From an uncultured virus (IMG/VR IMGVR_UViG_3300048581_000043) (taxonomy: Duplodnaviria; Heunggongvirae; Uroviricota; Caudoviricetes): a stretch of 64,000 bases of DNA. This document shows, piece by piece, positions 18,949-31,043 of the stretch; within the stretch, counting starts at the first letter, position 1; every line of letters starts with the position of its first letter. The DNA lies in IMG/VR virus record IMGVR_UViG_3300048581_000043; one strand, given 5' to 3'. A program made the position numbers and the translations under genes. The notes beneath the pieces were generated by a model, which saw only the letters and a list, made by a program, of their open reading frames with translations, was not told where the DNA came from and searched no databases.

Positions 18949-20083
18949 GGTTGTGGGTCTCCTTAATGTTATTAAAACCGAACCTCCTATTACAAACCTT
19001 AAACTTCTAAAGAATTATAGCATAAAATATCAATTAAGTCTAGTATTAAAATATGATACTTGTTACAATAAAGTAAGTTCTTTTAATGGAGTTAAGTCCG
19101 TACTATTACTAACAACTAAAGTATTTCTCCAGATAAAATCGTCAGTAAGAGGTTTTGATCTATTTGATGAATCTATCCAGGAATCCACGGACTAAATACT
19201 TCGTGGTTATTTACCATTGCTTCTAAAAATCTATAAGAACATTTTTCACATAAAAAAGTTGGATCAAGAGGCTCACAAGTACAATCACAAAAATTGGTAT
19301 ATGAACAATATTTTTCATTCCAACTAAAAAAACTTTCCACATGAATTACATTGATTATACCCCATAATCACCTCTTAATCTACTATAAGACTTGCACAAT
19401 CCTCATATTCCATCTCACTCGAAAGAGCAGGATCTTCCATTTCTTCGGCTTGTACACGAGCCTCATCTTCGGTTTCAGCATCGACTATAAAAATATTGTT
19501 AGTAAAATAATACCGAGTTACTAAAACCTTAAAAATTTTCATTTAAATTTACCTCTTAAGGACTAACTTCCAGTTATTTAATCGATTTCGTTTCCAGTCT
19601 AATTCATACTCAGCCTTTTCTTTATTAGACAAAGTTTGCCATTCTTCAAAAATATTCCAGAATTTTTTAGAAGGTTCCTTACTTAAACCAGAACCCTGTG
19701 CGTTAACCAGTTGAGGTCCCCATCTTTCATCAAATTCAAATCTTTGACCTTTATAAAGATAAAAACCACCATTACCCAAACAAACGTATCCATTAGGAAT
19801 TTTTATACAAGTCATTATTTCATTCCTTTAAGAGCGATATCGCATTCTTTCATAATAGTTTTTAATACAGGAGTAACTGAAGATAAACTTTCTTTACATA
19901 GGTCTCTAATAATTAAAAAGGAATCGCGATATTGAGTAATATGGGCCTTATATTTCATAACCAAGGAAGCTGCAACTCCAGCTTTATCTAATTTATTGAA
20001 TCCCTCTTCGGTCGAAACATATTCGAAAAGAAGATCCTGAGTTAAATCCATTTTTAGTAAATCATATTCTTTTCTTTTAACTT

Positions 20084-20791
20084 TCATTTATATTCCTTAC
20101 CCATAAATTTACAAGTATACGTTTCACGATTGATCTGAATAGCATGAGTTTCCCAGGAACCATTAGGATACTCAAACCCAATGCCAAAGCCAAGAGGCCA
20201 GTTTGCTTCCACTTGCACAGAAGACTTATAAGTACAAGCTTTTGGAGAGCCTAGCCAGCCAAACATCATCGCTTCTCGTCTTGTACCCGAGCCCTCACCT
20301 ACCCCGGTAAGGGTGGTTCTTCCGACAGCTGTAATTCTATGACCATGACCAACATATAAATTATGGTTGTTGAGGTCTCCTAAGAGGTTCTTCATCTGAC
20401 TGTCACTAGTTGACCCGATTTCGTGGATGAAAACACCTTTGCCTAACACTAGCTTTTTATTGTAGGGTACAACGGTCCAGTCCTGTTCTTCGAGTTGCAT
20501 TAATTTAGAGAACTTGGTTCCCGGAGTTTCTGTAATAAATCTTTTAATCTCTGAACTAACAAACCCGACCTTTTCTAGGGCAGCCGTGCTGCCTTCTCGG
20601 ACTAAGTAGTTTTCAAAGCGTTTTTCATGATTTCCCATGATGTAAAATTTCTCTTTTACTTTGGCTGCCCGGAATTTGTTAGTTAGATCTTCAAGCTTAA
20701 AATGAACTCGATCTAATTCTTCACGCAAAGTTAAGAAATCCTCCGACTCAGGATATTGAGACAGTCTATAGCAATCTGCAAAATCCCCCAT
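20084..20791 (-). CDS. Metallophosphoesterase, apparently N-terminally truncated
   Basis: GD, GNHE, GHGHR present; the first DxH motif is absent. Confidence 0.7.
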   Translation of the reverse strand: MGDFADCYRLSQYPESEDFLTLREELDRVHFKLEDLTNKFRAAKVKEKFYIMGNHEKRFENYLVREGSTAALEKVGFVSSEIKRFITETPGTKFSKLMQLEEQDWTVVPYNKKLVLGKGVFIHEIGSTSDSQMKNLLGDLNNHNLYVGHGHRITAVGRTTLTGVGEGSGTRREAMMFGWLGSPKACTYKSSVQVEANWPLGFGIGFEYPNGSWETHAIQINRETYTCKFMGKEYK

Positions 20792-21818
20792 AAGGATGAC
20801 TCTTTTTTCACCTTTAAATCCTTAAATTATTCTGTCTCCATAGCATAGTAATAGGTCATAGTAGCTACATGAGCATAATTATTAGCTTCTTCATCGGCCT
20901 CGGGAACATCACCTTTTATTCTCATAACTAATTGACCTGTAGGACATAGAATATTAAAATAACCATCTTTATATACTACTTGCGCTTTTGCTTCTGGATT
21001 TACCATTGTGATTTCCTTAACAAATCTATTTAAAACTTACACTACCTCTCTTAAATTCGTGTGGTTGGAATACTATGAACAATAGTAAGAGGTATACTAT
21101 TTGAAACCCAACTAACAGAGTACTCAAAATCAAATCTATGAGTGGTTATAAAATTGGCCAACAATCCTATTAACGGGCCAGTTATTAATATAAAAACTAT
21201 GCAACTAACTTTCTTGTTCTTAATACTTTCATTTTTCATCTAGATATCCTTTACCATTGCATATAATGCATTTTTCTATTTCGCCACATTCAGTACCAAT
21301 ATTTCCCATACCATAGCATTCGTCACATACCTTTAAAGGTACAATACCAGTTCCATGACAAATACAACAATTTTTCTTGCATTTATATCCTTTAAGAGGA
21401 GGATATAAACCAATTTCATCTTCTAACAAATCTTCCCATAAACCAGAATATTTTTGTAAGTTAGGACATCTTTGTTTAGGAAGGAAACTACAACATCCGC
21501 ATTCGATTTCATCATCACCTTCAATATTTGAAGACTTAAACCAACAATTTTCAGTTCCTTTATTATGTTCAGTTCTATGATGTCCACAATAACAAAAGTC
21601 TTCTAGTTCAGCCATGATCGTCTCCAATAAAGGTACTATTTTTACGAAGAGCTTTTAATGCTATACTTTGTAAACGGTCACCATGAGAGCAATCGCAATC
21701 ATATGGACTTTCGCAATAAGTATTTAAAATCTTTATTAAAGCTTTACGATACTTATCTCGTTCAGCAATAATTTCAATCAAATTAGTGTTTTTCATACAG
21801 TATCTTTTATTCCTTACC

Positions 21819-22523
21819 CTAAAAATCTTCTGCAATAATAGAATAATAGCGTTTTAAAAATAATTTCTCAGCAACCTTAGGCATTAAAGGTTTAATTTTA
21901 ATTCTTGTTTTAAATCCAAGTTGAGCTTCAACAGTCCACAATTTAAGAGGATCATTTACTAAATTATGAGCTTCAATAGCTAATGCTTCATTATCTGCGG
22001 CTTTTAACCAAGTAGAATCATAGTCAGTTTGAGTCTTATTATAATTGACTCCAAAAGCTTTAGCTATAACAAATTGAAGTTTGTGTTCTATTTTAACATA
22101 GTTAGGCAAAGATCGTTTAATTGGTCGAGGAATATCTACCAGATAAGCTTCAGAAGCATCATGTGTAAGCCCGACCTTTCGTAGATAAGCAGTTGTCTTA
22201 TCTTGAACAGTACTACCAAAAAGATTAATAACCCTATTAGCAAGAAGATCTGAAACCATAACACAATGCTGAGCTACAGAATAGAATTCATTAATATGCC
22301 CAGCAAATCGACACATATTAGAAAGAGAATGAGCTATATCTTCGATATTAACTTCATTAACTCTTGCGTCCAAGGGCCAAAATAATTTCCCGGTGTATGT
22401 AAGAATAGAACCGCCCTTACGTTTTTCTTCACCTTTTGTTTGCATAAGACAATAATCTTTATTCATCTTCATGAGTAAGCTCCAATTTCTTATTTTGAAA
22501 ATCGCAAATTCTAATGGCTTCAT
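21819..22523 (-). CDS. HD-domain 5'-deoxynucleotidase-like protein (YfbR/YfdR type)
   Basis: DIAHSLS..CRFAGH..FYSVAQH, HDASEAY..DIPRPIK. Confidence 0.85.
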   Translation of the reverse strand: MKPLEFAIFKIRNWSLLMKMNKDYCLMQTKGEEKRKGGSILTYTGKLFWPLDARVNEVNIEDIAHSLSNMCRFAGHINEFYSVAQHCVMVSDLLANRVINLFGSTVQDKTTAYLRKVGLTHDASEAYLVDIPRPIKRSLPNYVKIEHKLQFVIAKAFGVNYNKTQTDYDSTWLKAADNEALAIEAHNLVNDPLKLWTVEAQLGFKTRIKIKPLMPKVAEKLFLKRYYSIIAEDF

Positions 22524-23261
22524 GCTCTGAACTACAAAAGGTTAATACTGTCTTATTTGAAGTATCGACTACTAAGTAACTTACACCATACCCATCGTAA
22601 TCTCTTTCAATTTTAAAACGTTTTTGAGTTTCCACATTGTCTCCTAATCATCTAATTGCATAATGAACTTCGTGTTGACCAGCATTATAAACCTTATGCA
22701 AGGTTTCCATTATCATATCCCTATCACACTCTAAAAGATCAACGTTGCCAAGTTTCTTTTCTAATTCAATATAATAGTGAAAAATAAGACTATCAGCATC
22801 TGCAAATCCATTTAAGAAAATTACCCAACAATTAGGGCAATTTGTCCGGGGTTCCTTTAAACCCTTGTATGTAGGATGTTTGCTGCAAAAGCATTTTTTG
22901 AATTTCACTACTTGCCATCCTCGTATCTGAGATTTTAAGACCCGAACCATTACAAACACAACAAGTATCATCTAATGGACTACCTTTTTCATCCAATTCC
23001 CTAGTCATTACAAATCCGTCACCACCACAATTTTTACAAAGTATATTTTCAAATAATGTTTCATTTAAATGTCGGCATTCACAAACTTCACATTGGCAAT
23101 CCTGCTCCATTTTATTTCTACAAACCAGATAGGAGTTAGTGGCCAAGATAGCATCTTTCAAAGTAATAAGAAGAACTCTTTGTTCGGCTATTTGATTAAT
23201 AAATCCATCATATCCTGGCACCATTTAATTTGTTCCTTTCCATTTAAAAAACTTCTTTTTG

Positions 23262-23561
23262 TCATCTAAGATTTCCGGTTTGTCTAGAACAACTCATTAG
23301 TCTTTCTACTTTTTTAATTTTAGCAATCTGAAATTTTCCAAAGTTATTATAGTCTATTGGTTTTAAAACCTTATCACCAATTAACATACTAACAATAGCA
23401 TCAATATCTATAAGTTCTCTTGTAATTTTCTGAGCATTAATACCTGACCCAGAACCTTTATAACGAGTATTCAAACCAAAACGAAGAGCTTTACCGACAT
23501 TTTTTTGAACTTCAGCACATTCTTCAGAAAGACAAGTTAAAAGATATTCAGTACGATTCAT
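23262..23561 (-). CDS. MazG-like NTP pyrophosphohydrolase
   Basis: LSEECAEV..NVGKALRFG...ELID (EExxE...ExxD). Confidence 0.65.
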   Translation of the reverse strand: MNRTEYLLTCLSEECAEVQKNVGKALRFGLNTRYKGSGSGINAQKITRELIDIDAIVSMLIGDKVLKPIDYNNFGKFQIAKIKKVERLMSCSRQTGNLR

Positions 23562-24128
23562 TGTATATCCTTTACATTATCCTTACTTTCAGAAGTTCTT
23601 TGAACAAAATCCCATTTCATCATATTAAGTCCTTCTTCAAAGTTTTTAGTATTTTCTTTATGCTGTTTGGTTAATTGATCCATTTCAAAATGAAGTGTTT
23701 CAATCTGGCTTTCTAAATGTTGTATTCTTAAGAATAAACCTTGAAATGTAGGTCTAAGTTCTGAAGGAACAGAATCAAAAAATGAAAATTCACTTAACGG
23801 TCCTTGACACCTCATCCAAAAACGTTTAAACCAAGCAAATAAAGGTTCAAAACGATTTTCAACTTTAAAAGAATTACTCGAAATTTTATAATGTGAATAT
23901 AATAAATAAATACAAGATAAGATTCCTGTCAAAGGTAAAATTTCTGTTAAAAATATAGTAAGATTCAAAATATTGCTCATTTCTAAATAAAGTACAGGAG
24001 GGATTTAAGTGGGTAAACCCCTCCTGCTTTTATCCTAGATGCGTCCTTAACAAAGGAAAACACATCAATAAGGATATAGTAATAATATTAAATTATTACT
24101 ATTGAATAAGCGTGCTCCACAGTTATCA

Positions 24129-25307
24129 TTACAAATGCTTGGGTGCACCAACCATTAATTGCTTGGTAAGGTCAATCAAATACTCCGAATCCTTACACAT
24201 AGCCTTACTAACAGAATCTGAAATTTTGGCTACTGGTTTTCCATCTAACTCCTGTAATTTTACCACAATATTTAAAGGAGTTACTCCAACATCATTAGTC
24301 AGATTTGTACCAATACCAAAACTTACATTAGCTACACTTGAAAAGATTTTGTTTAAATCAAATGCTTGTTGGAAGTTAAGACCATCAGAAAAAACAAGTA
24401 TTGGTTTGACGACTCCTGCTTTATTAAAAGCACGTATCATACGCCATCCCCATTCTTCTGGATCTCCTGAATCTTGTCTTACACCTTTCCATTGAGAAAA
24501 ATCGGCATCAACCTCAAATTTATCAATTCCCAATGTATCTGTCAAGGCAACACTTAACATATCTCCATATTCTTTTTGCCAATTCGCAAGCATTATCTTT
24601 TGACTTTCCATAGGACTATATAAAGCTTGACCTGCCATAATCCATTCGTGAGCCATAGTACCAATAGGTTTCATGCCTAATTGCATAGCAAATTGAACAT
24701 TAGATGTTCCAGATAAGATATGTTTCATGTTTCGAAGAACCAATGACTGCCATTCTCTAGAAAAACGACGACGAGTTCCAAAATCAGCAATCACAATTGG
24801 ATTAGATGCTTCTCTTAATCTTAGGTGTTGTACTTTCTTATTAAGTTTTTCATATCCAATCAAATAATTCTTACGATCTACCATATTAAAATATAACTCA
24901 TTAAAAATGGCTAGTATAGGAATTTCCCATAACATTACTTCTTGCCATGGTCCGACAATATCTATTCTGGGAGGAATATTGTTATTTTCAGATTCAACAA
25001 CCTTAATAGTTACTTGGTAAGGATCAAATCTATAATGTTTAAGATATTGAAGGTAATCTCCTTTAAAAAAATCAAATTGATTCAAGTATTTATATTCTTC
25101 TAATGAAAGTTGAATAGTTTTCATATGATTAATTTCAGCTCGAAGCTGACAAATAAAATCAGAACTAAATGCGCCTAAACAAACATCTTCAGTATTGCGT
25201 AATTTAAAGGAATAAGAAGCTTGACTATTTGAAAATTGATGAAAAATAGCTTGTTGCATAAAAAATTTATATATATCGGTATCTAATATGGAATCAATTA
25301 TGAACAC
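24129..25307 (-). CDS. pncB: Nicotinate phosphoribosyltransferase
   Basis: LDTDIYKFFMQQ, DFGTRRRFS, GTSN, GTMAHEW, RQDSGDP, FSDGL, FGIGT, KISD. Confidence 0.95.
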   Translation of the reverse strand: MFIIDSILDTDIYKFFMQQAIFHQFSNSQASYSFKLRNTEDVCLGAFSSDFICQLRAEINHMKTIQLSLEEYKYLNQFDFFKGDYLQYLKHYRFDPYQVTIKVVESENNNIPPRIDIVGPWQEVMLWEIPILAIFNELYFNMVDRKNYLIGYEKLNKKVQHLRLREASNPIVIADFGTRRRFSREWQSLVLRNMKHILSGTSNVQFAMQLGMKPIGTMAHEWIMAGQALYSPMESQKIMLANWQKEYGDMLSVALTDTLGIDKFEVDADFSQWKGVRQDSGDPEEWGWRMIRAFNKAGVVKPILVFSDGLNFQQAFDLNKIFSSVANVSFGIGTNLTNDVGVTPLNIVVKLQELDGKPVAKISDSVSKAMCKDSEYLIDLTKQLMVGAPKHL

Positions 25308-25369
25308 GTTTTTCTCCTTAATATAAAATCGTATGTTCTTACAAGATACATTTAACGATTTTCTTCAAA

Positions 25370-25927
25370 TTAAAAGAACTTTGCCCCAGCCTTCTTCATT
25401 TCCGCAATAGCTTTCTTCTCATTAGAAGACTCCGGATTAACTGCAGAAATAGCCATAGTATTGATTTTAACTTTGTATCCCAATCTAAGGGCATCAAGTA
25501 CTGTAGCTTCAACGCAATACTCGGTTGCAATTCCACACACTTCTAATTCAGTTACTTTAAGACTTTTAAGGTACATGTCAAGATTAACATTAGTAGCCTC
25601 AAAAGCTGAGTAACCCGTGTCACTATTATCTGTGCCTTTTAAAGCAACAACATCAAATCCAGTAAGTAACTTATCGTGAAATTTTGCACCTTCGGTTCCA
25701 GCTATACAATGCTTTGTCCACTTATCAAAATGCACACTCTTCTTAGGATGCCAATCCTTGGTGGCAATCAAAACATTACCACATCTTTGATTTTCAAAAA
25801 TTGTCTGATTAATTACTGGAATGATTTTATCCCCATCCCGAGTACTTAAGCTTCCACCTGGGCAAAAATCTTTCTGAACATCAACGATAATTAGTGCTTT
25901 CATCTTATTACTCCTTATCATATTCAT
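25370..25927 (-). CDS. pncA: Nicotinamidase
   Basis: VDVQKDFCPGGSL, DWHP, HC, KG..YSAF, GIATEYCV. Confidence 0.93.
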   Translation of the reverse strand: MNMIRSNKMKALIIVDVQKDFCPGGSLSTRDGDKIIPVINQTIFENQRCGNVLIATKDWHPKKSVHFDKWTKHCIAGTEGAKFHDKLLTGFDVVALKGTDNSDTGYSAFEATNVNLDMYLKSLKVTELEVCGIATEYCVEATVLDALRLGYKVKINTMAISAVNPESSNEKKAIAEMKKAGAKFF

Positions 25928-26203
25928 GACTTATTCGATTTATCAGTTTATCTAATTGAATATTAGTCATTCTTTTTAAATCTTTACGATAATTACTTTC
26001 TATTACTTTCACTACTCTATCAGTAGCCATACAAAGATATAATGCTTTCTTTTGCTTGTCAATCTTTTTCATAATATATTCCTAAAAATAAAAAAGCAGG
26101 AGAGCCTAAGCCCTCCCGCCTTTAAAAATTACCCGGATTTAAATTTTTCCTTGGGAACTCACTTTTATTGTGGTCTTAAACACCAGAGAAACCGGGTTCG
26201 TAA

Positions 26204-26704
26204 CTAAACATCATCATCTGGTACTTCATCTAGCTTTGGACTTTTAATTTGCTTACCTAGAAAAGCTTCGTCGCCAATTTGAGCAATTTGTAAAAGCTCT
26301 TGTTCTAGATAAAACAAATGTTCTTCTTCGTCTTTAAGATTTTCAACTAAAAGATCTGAAGTTCCGTAATCCCCGTTTTCATCTGCTAATTTAATACACT
26401 TAATATACTTGGCAATCGCAATTTGTTCGGATTTCGAATCAAAAGCAATACTAGTAATTACAGTTTCTCCAAGATCTATTTCTCCGACACTGGCTTCTGG
26501 GCGACCACCTAAAAAGATAATCCGATCAATCAAACTATCTTCATGCTTCTGCTCTTCTTTTAAACGATGCTCTAATGTTTTAAGAAGCTTTAGATAGCCA
26601 TAATATTCAATAAGGCCACCATGAACTTTATATTGAATTTGAGCAGCACGTTCATCAGCCAAAAGATCCATCAAAGCCTTAATGACTTCGGGATTGCCCT
26701 TCAT
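26204..26704 (-). CDS. bfr: Bacterioferritin
   Basis: MKGNPEVI..L..LLADE..A..QY, EEQKH..LIDRIIFLGG, DEEEH. Confidence 0.9.
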   Translation of the reverse strand: MKGNPEVIKALMDLLADERAAQIQYKVHGGLIEYYGYLKLLKTLEHRLKEEQKHEDSLIDRIIFLGGRPEASVGEIDLGETVITSIAFDSKSEQIAIAKYIKCIKLADENGDYGTSDLLVENLKDEEEHLFYLEQELLQIAQIGDEAFLGKQIKSPKLDEVPDDDV

Positions 26705-26739
26705 TTGTTATCCTTATAAAAAGAGAATTTACTATTAAT

Positions 26740-26768
26740 ATCATACAACTTTTTAAGAAAACTTTCAA
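26740..26768 (-). promoter_or_regulatory. Sigma70-type promoter upstream of bfr
   Basis: TTGAAA-17 nt-TATGAT on the minus strand. Confidence 0.5.
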
Positions 26769-27176
26769 ATTAAATTTAAAGTTTCGATGCAATCCTTATA
26801 ATAAATGATAGCTTTAGATTGTATTTCTTCAAATTCTTTCGTAGATAAATCTTCAATATCTGGATTTTGAAGAGTATCAACAGCATTAGCAGAAACAGTA
26901 GACATATATTGAGAATGCTGGCCATGATTAAAACTAACTAATTTAAACATTGTCAAATATAAAACCCCACTAGGCTTAACCTTAACAACATCTAAAATTT
27001 TATAGTAAGTAGTAATATGATTATCTTCATCTTCTTGAATAAGACATGAACCTTTTAATAAAAGAGCTTCTTCTGTTAATCTTTTATAAAATAAATCTCT
27101 TGATTCTTCTTGAAGACTAGAAATTTTTTTATGAATACTAGTCATTGCAAACCCAGTTTTAAACCTTTTGATATTG

Positions 27177-27836
27177 CTAATAACTCCCATATTTACTCCT
27201 TAACATACAACTTTTAAGATAATTTTCAACGACATTTGGTACCATATACTTAATAGAATAACCTTCGGTACAACATTCTCTAATAAGAGATGAGCTAATA
27301 TCAATCCTTGGCATACTAACACCGAGCCACTTAGAAGAACAATACATATTGCATTCTAATTGTAATATGCGAGGAATAATCAGACTAGTTGAACCTCTAG
27401 AGCCTACTAAAAAACAACCAGAATCTACTATGTGTTGTATATCTTTCCACTGGTCTATATCGCAAAATGTATCATCACCAACAATATAATAAAGCTTTGC
27501 ATCTGGATATTGTTTCTTAAAGAACTCCACTGTATCAACAAAGTAACTAGGACCTTTGGTATCCATAGCTTGCGAACACCATTGAAATTTTTCATTATCA
27601 GTAATAGCCAAACGTACCATTTGGAGTCTGTCTTCCAAAGGTAAATACTCGGTAGTTTCTTTAAACGGATTATGTCTAGCTGGTACAAAAAAGACTTTGT
27701 CTAATTGCTGCTCTTCTGCTGCTCGTTCAGCTAAAAGAAGATGACCATTGTGAATAGGATTAAAGGATCCACCATATATACCTATTTTCATTTTTCCCTC
27801 TTGTTTTTCCAATATTTCATCATTAAATAAACCCAT
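27177..27836 (-). CDS. nadD: Nicotinate-nucleotide adenylyltransferase
   Basis: GGSFNPIHNGH, PSY..DT, IVGDD, W, ISSSLIR. Confidence 0.93.
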   Translation of the reverse strand: MGLFNDEILEKQEGKMKIGIYGGSFNPIHNGHLLLAERAAEEQQLDKVFFVPARHNPFKETTEYLPLEDRLQMVRLAITDNEKFQWCSQAMDTKGPSYFVDTVEFFKKQYPDAKLYYIVGDDTFCDIDQWKDIQHIVDSGCFLVGSRGSTSLIIPRILQLECNMYCSSKWLGVSMPRIDISSSLIRECCTEGYSIKYMVPNVVENYLKSCMLRSKYGSY

Positions 27837-28060
27837 GCAGTATTGCCTGAAACAATAAAAAGTCCGCCAATAAAACTAAACAATTGATTTAGAGAAGGAT
27901 AGTAATAAAGATTCCAGTAGCCCCAAGAGGTAAAGAAGAATGTTGGAAGCCAATGGACTCCCTTGACTTCTTTATCTTCCGCTAATTGTCTAACGTTAAT
28001 CCAGATCATAATACCGCCAATACACTCGAAAAGTCCATTAGTTATATCTGCTAAATGCAT
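27788..28060 (-). CDS. Small 3-TM membrane protein, PQ-loop/SemiSWEET-like
   Basis: Three hydrophobic segments with a K.VKGV.W linker. Confidence 0.5.
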   Translation of the reverse strand: MHLADITNGLFECIGGIMIWINVRQLAEDKEVKGVHWLPTFFFTSWGYWNLYYYPSLNQLFSFIGGLFIVSGNTAWVYLMMKYWKNKREK

Positions 28061-28063
28061 TAT

Positions 28064-28282
28064 TTATCCTTTCCAAAACATCCACCAAGGTTTTTGTTCA
28101 CGAATGGCACAATCATTGAACTTGTTTGCTTCCCAAATTTTTAAATATTCTTTTCTCTCGGGTTCCCTCCCATAAGGCCAATCAACTGGGGGGTAAATTT
28201 TTACATAAAAGTTATTAAAACATCTTGGATCTGACATACCTCCAAAATATCTACATCCCTTACAATATATCTTCATCTCCAA
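28064..28282 (-). CDS. Small Cys-rich protein ending KPWWMFWKG (paralogue of 51981-52199)
   Basis: CKGCRY...N..NDC...QKPWW.FW. Confidence 0.55.
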   Translation of the reverse strand: MEMKIYCKGCRYFGGMSDPRCFNNFYVKIYPPVDWPYGREPERKEYLKIWEANKFNDCAIREQKPWWMFWKG

Positions 28283-29949
28283 TTTCCTTTCACAATAGGA
28301 AGTTTGCGACCTGCTCCAAACGCAATTTTATGTACTCGAATAGTAGGAGGAGCTTGACGTCTTTTAAATTCAGATTTATCAACTAAATCATAAATTCTAA
28401 AAGCATCAGGTCCAGAAGTCAAGATCCCATTCTCAATATAACCAATTAAGATTTTATCGAGTACTTCATAAGGAGGCAAACTATCTGTATCCTTTTGATC
28501 TGGACGAAGTTCAGCGGATGGAGCCTTATGAATAATAATATTAGGAATAACCTCTTTACCATGTAATTGATTATAATATTCAGATAAAGCCCAAACCTCT
28601 GTTTTATAGAGATCAGAAATAGGAGCTAAACCTCCACTCATATCGCCATACAAAGTAGTATATCCAACAGAAGCTTCGCTCTTATTAGAAGTTGAAAGAA
28701 CCAAAACTCCTGCAGCATTCGAGTAAGCCATTAGGATATTGCCGCGAATACGAGCTTGAATATTCTCTTCGGCTATACCTTTTAACTCTCCAGTTCCCAT
28801 TGCAAGATAACTTAATCTATAACCGATAACATCTGCTTCAATATTAGTATTTAAGAGTTTGATACCAAGATTATCACAAAGTATTTTAGAGTCACTCACA
28901 CTTCCATCACTTGAATATTTAGAAGGCATGGTAATGGCAGTTACTTTATCAGGACCAAGAGCATCAACAGCTAGACCCAAAACTAAAGCACTATCGATTC
29001 CGCCAGAACAGCCCACTACAACGCCAGGAAAACCAGACTTAATAACATAATCTCTAATTCCCAATACGATATGCTCATAGTTAAGAGCTACATTACTTCT
29101 ATATTTGACATCATTCTCATAGTCATAAGAAGTCCCGATACTATAAAAATCATCGCCAAAATTAAAAGTAATATAATCTTCCTGAAAAGCTTTTCCTACA
29201 GTAAAGGCTTGACTAGAAGACTCTTGAGGAGAAACAATCATACTATTTCCATCGAATATCATGTCATCATTGGCCCCAACTTGATTAACATAGATAATTG
29301 GAGTGTCATATTTATTAGAAATATATTCTAAAAGATGCTTTCTTTGTTCTACTTTTCCCTCATTAGAAGGAGAAGCATTGATAGAAATAATGCAATCGAC
29401 TTTTTTATTTACCCGGAATAACTTCTCGACAGGATTATTCTCATAAAGATTATCAAGTTCGGCCCAGATATCTTCACAAATCAATACGCCAAAAGTCTTT
29501 CCATCAAGAGTAAAAGTTCCTGTCTTTTTGCCTGGCTCAAAGTTACGCCATTCATCAAAAATACCATAAGTAGGAAGTAATTGTTTCTGGAATTCTTTTC
29601 CAATACCATCATTATCGAGAAGAATAGCAGAATTCTCTAGTTTCCTACCGCTTAGTCCTTCACGAGAAACCACATTACCATACAGTACAGAAAGTTCATG
29701 CTTAAAATTATTAAGTCTACCTAATCCTATTACTTCGGCTTCCATGCGCTCATCTTGCTTCTCAACAGCCTTAATAAAACTAGGATTCTCAACTAAATCA
29801 TGAGGAGGATAACCAGTAATACATAACTCAGGAAAAATAACAAGATCAACGTTATCGGCATAAGCTCGCTTAATAATGCCAATATTCTTATCGGTATTAC
29901 CTTTTAAATCGCCAACCTTATAATTTAATTGAGCTAATGCGATTTTCAT
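28273..29949 (-). CDS. nadE: Glutamine-dependent NAD+ synthetase
   Basis: Nitrilase domain (FPEL..GYPP, K..LP.Y..FDE, ICEDIW) plus SGGIDSA, ENIQARIRG, NKSE...GY.TLYGD, PSAELRPDQ.D. Confidence 0.96.
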   Translation of the reverse strand: MKIALAQLNYKVGDLKGNTDKNIGIIKRAYADNVDLVIFPELCITGYPPHDLVENPSFIKAVEKQDERMEAEVIGLGRLNNFKHELSVLYGNVVSREGLSGRKLENSAILLDNDGIGKEFQKQLLPTYGIFDEWRNFEPGKKTGTFTLDGKTFGVLICEDIWAELDNLYENNPVEKLFRVNKKVDCIISINASPSNEGKVEQRKHLLEYISNKYDTPIIYVNQVGANDDMIFDGNSMIVSPQESSSQAFTVGKAFQEDYITFNFGDDFYSIGTSYDYENDVKYRSNVALNYEHIVLGIRDYVIKSGFPGVVVGCSGGIDSALVLGLAVDALGPDKVTAITMPSKYSSDGSVSDSKILCDNLGIKLLNTNIEADVIGYRLSYLAMGTGELKGIAEENIQARIRGNILMAYSNAAGVLVLSTSNKSEASVGYTTLYGDMSGGLAPISDLYKTEVWALSEYYNQLHGKEVIPNIIIHKAPSAELRPDQKDTDSLPPYEVLDKILIGYIENGILTSGPDAFRIYDLVDKSEFKRRQAPPTIRVHKIAFGAGRKLPIVKGNWR

Positions 29950-31043
29950 GGATATAATCTCTCCTTACTTTTCTCATATAATACATTATTATAATGAAAC
30001 TGTTCCATGTAAAATTCTAAGGCATCATTCCTGGCATTCTTATCTGGTATCTTTTTAATATCAGCAACACATCTTTGAATGCTCTCTGTCTGATGTTGTA
30101 TCTGTCTTAGATAACCATCATAATTCCATACCTCAACTCCGAAAAACCAGACCATAAAGAAAAGCAAACATATAACAAATATTCCGCTAATGCTATATCC
30201 GATAACTTTATCAAAGTTAAATTTCTCTTCTCTTTTCATTGCTGATCCTTTAAATATGAAATTCGGCCCACTTAATTACAATACCATACATCGTTTCAAT
30301 CAATTTGTATATTCCATAAAAAAGTGTCACTATAATACAGAAGATTATTTCTTTTACAACTCCATGCCAAAAAAGCATAAGACCTGAAATTGGTGTTTTA
30401 TCTATAGGAGACAAGCCTATCATAAAAGTAAGAAAAATCCATAAAGGTATAACAAAAGAAACGACTAAAGGTATATTATGTTTATCTAAATACAAAATTA
30501 CTTTAGCAATTTTCTTTTTCATAACCCTAACTCCTTACGTCTAATTCTATTTTTGGCCCACTCTATTAAACGTAACCATCCCAAATAAAGAGGATAACTT
30601 ATCATTATAAGAACAATTACTATAATGCTCAAGGCAATTGAAAAGATCACAATTCTACCAAACCCTCTCGCTAATATGACGCCAAAAGTCGGAACTTCCA
30701 TATCACCTGTATTTATATTCATTAGTCCTGCCATAAAACAGAGAAGACCTTCAAATATAAGAATAAGGAAAGTTCCCCAAAAATGATCTGCATTATTAAA
30801 CCATAGAATAATCTTGGCTATTACATTTATCATATTTCTACCAATCAATATAAAGTGCACAATGTAACCAGTGAAGATAAACACCATCTGTTCCATAATG
30901 CAGTTCGGGTAACCACATACTTCGAGATCCTAACCACCCCCCAATAAACACTCCTAGTTGCCATTTTTTCCCACTTAGCATATATTGTAATGATGATTGC
31001 ATTAATTGTCTCCTATATAAATTTGTGGGTGTCATTATTTCAA

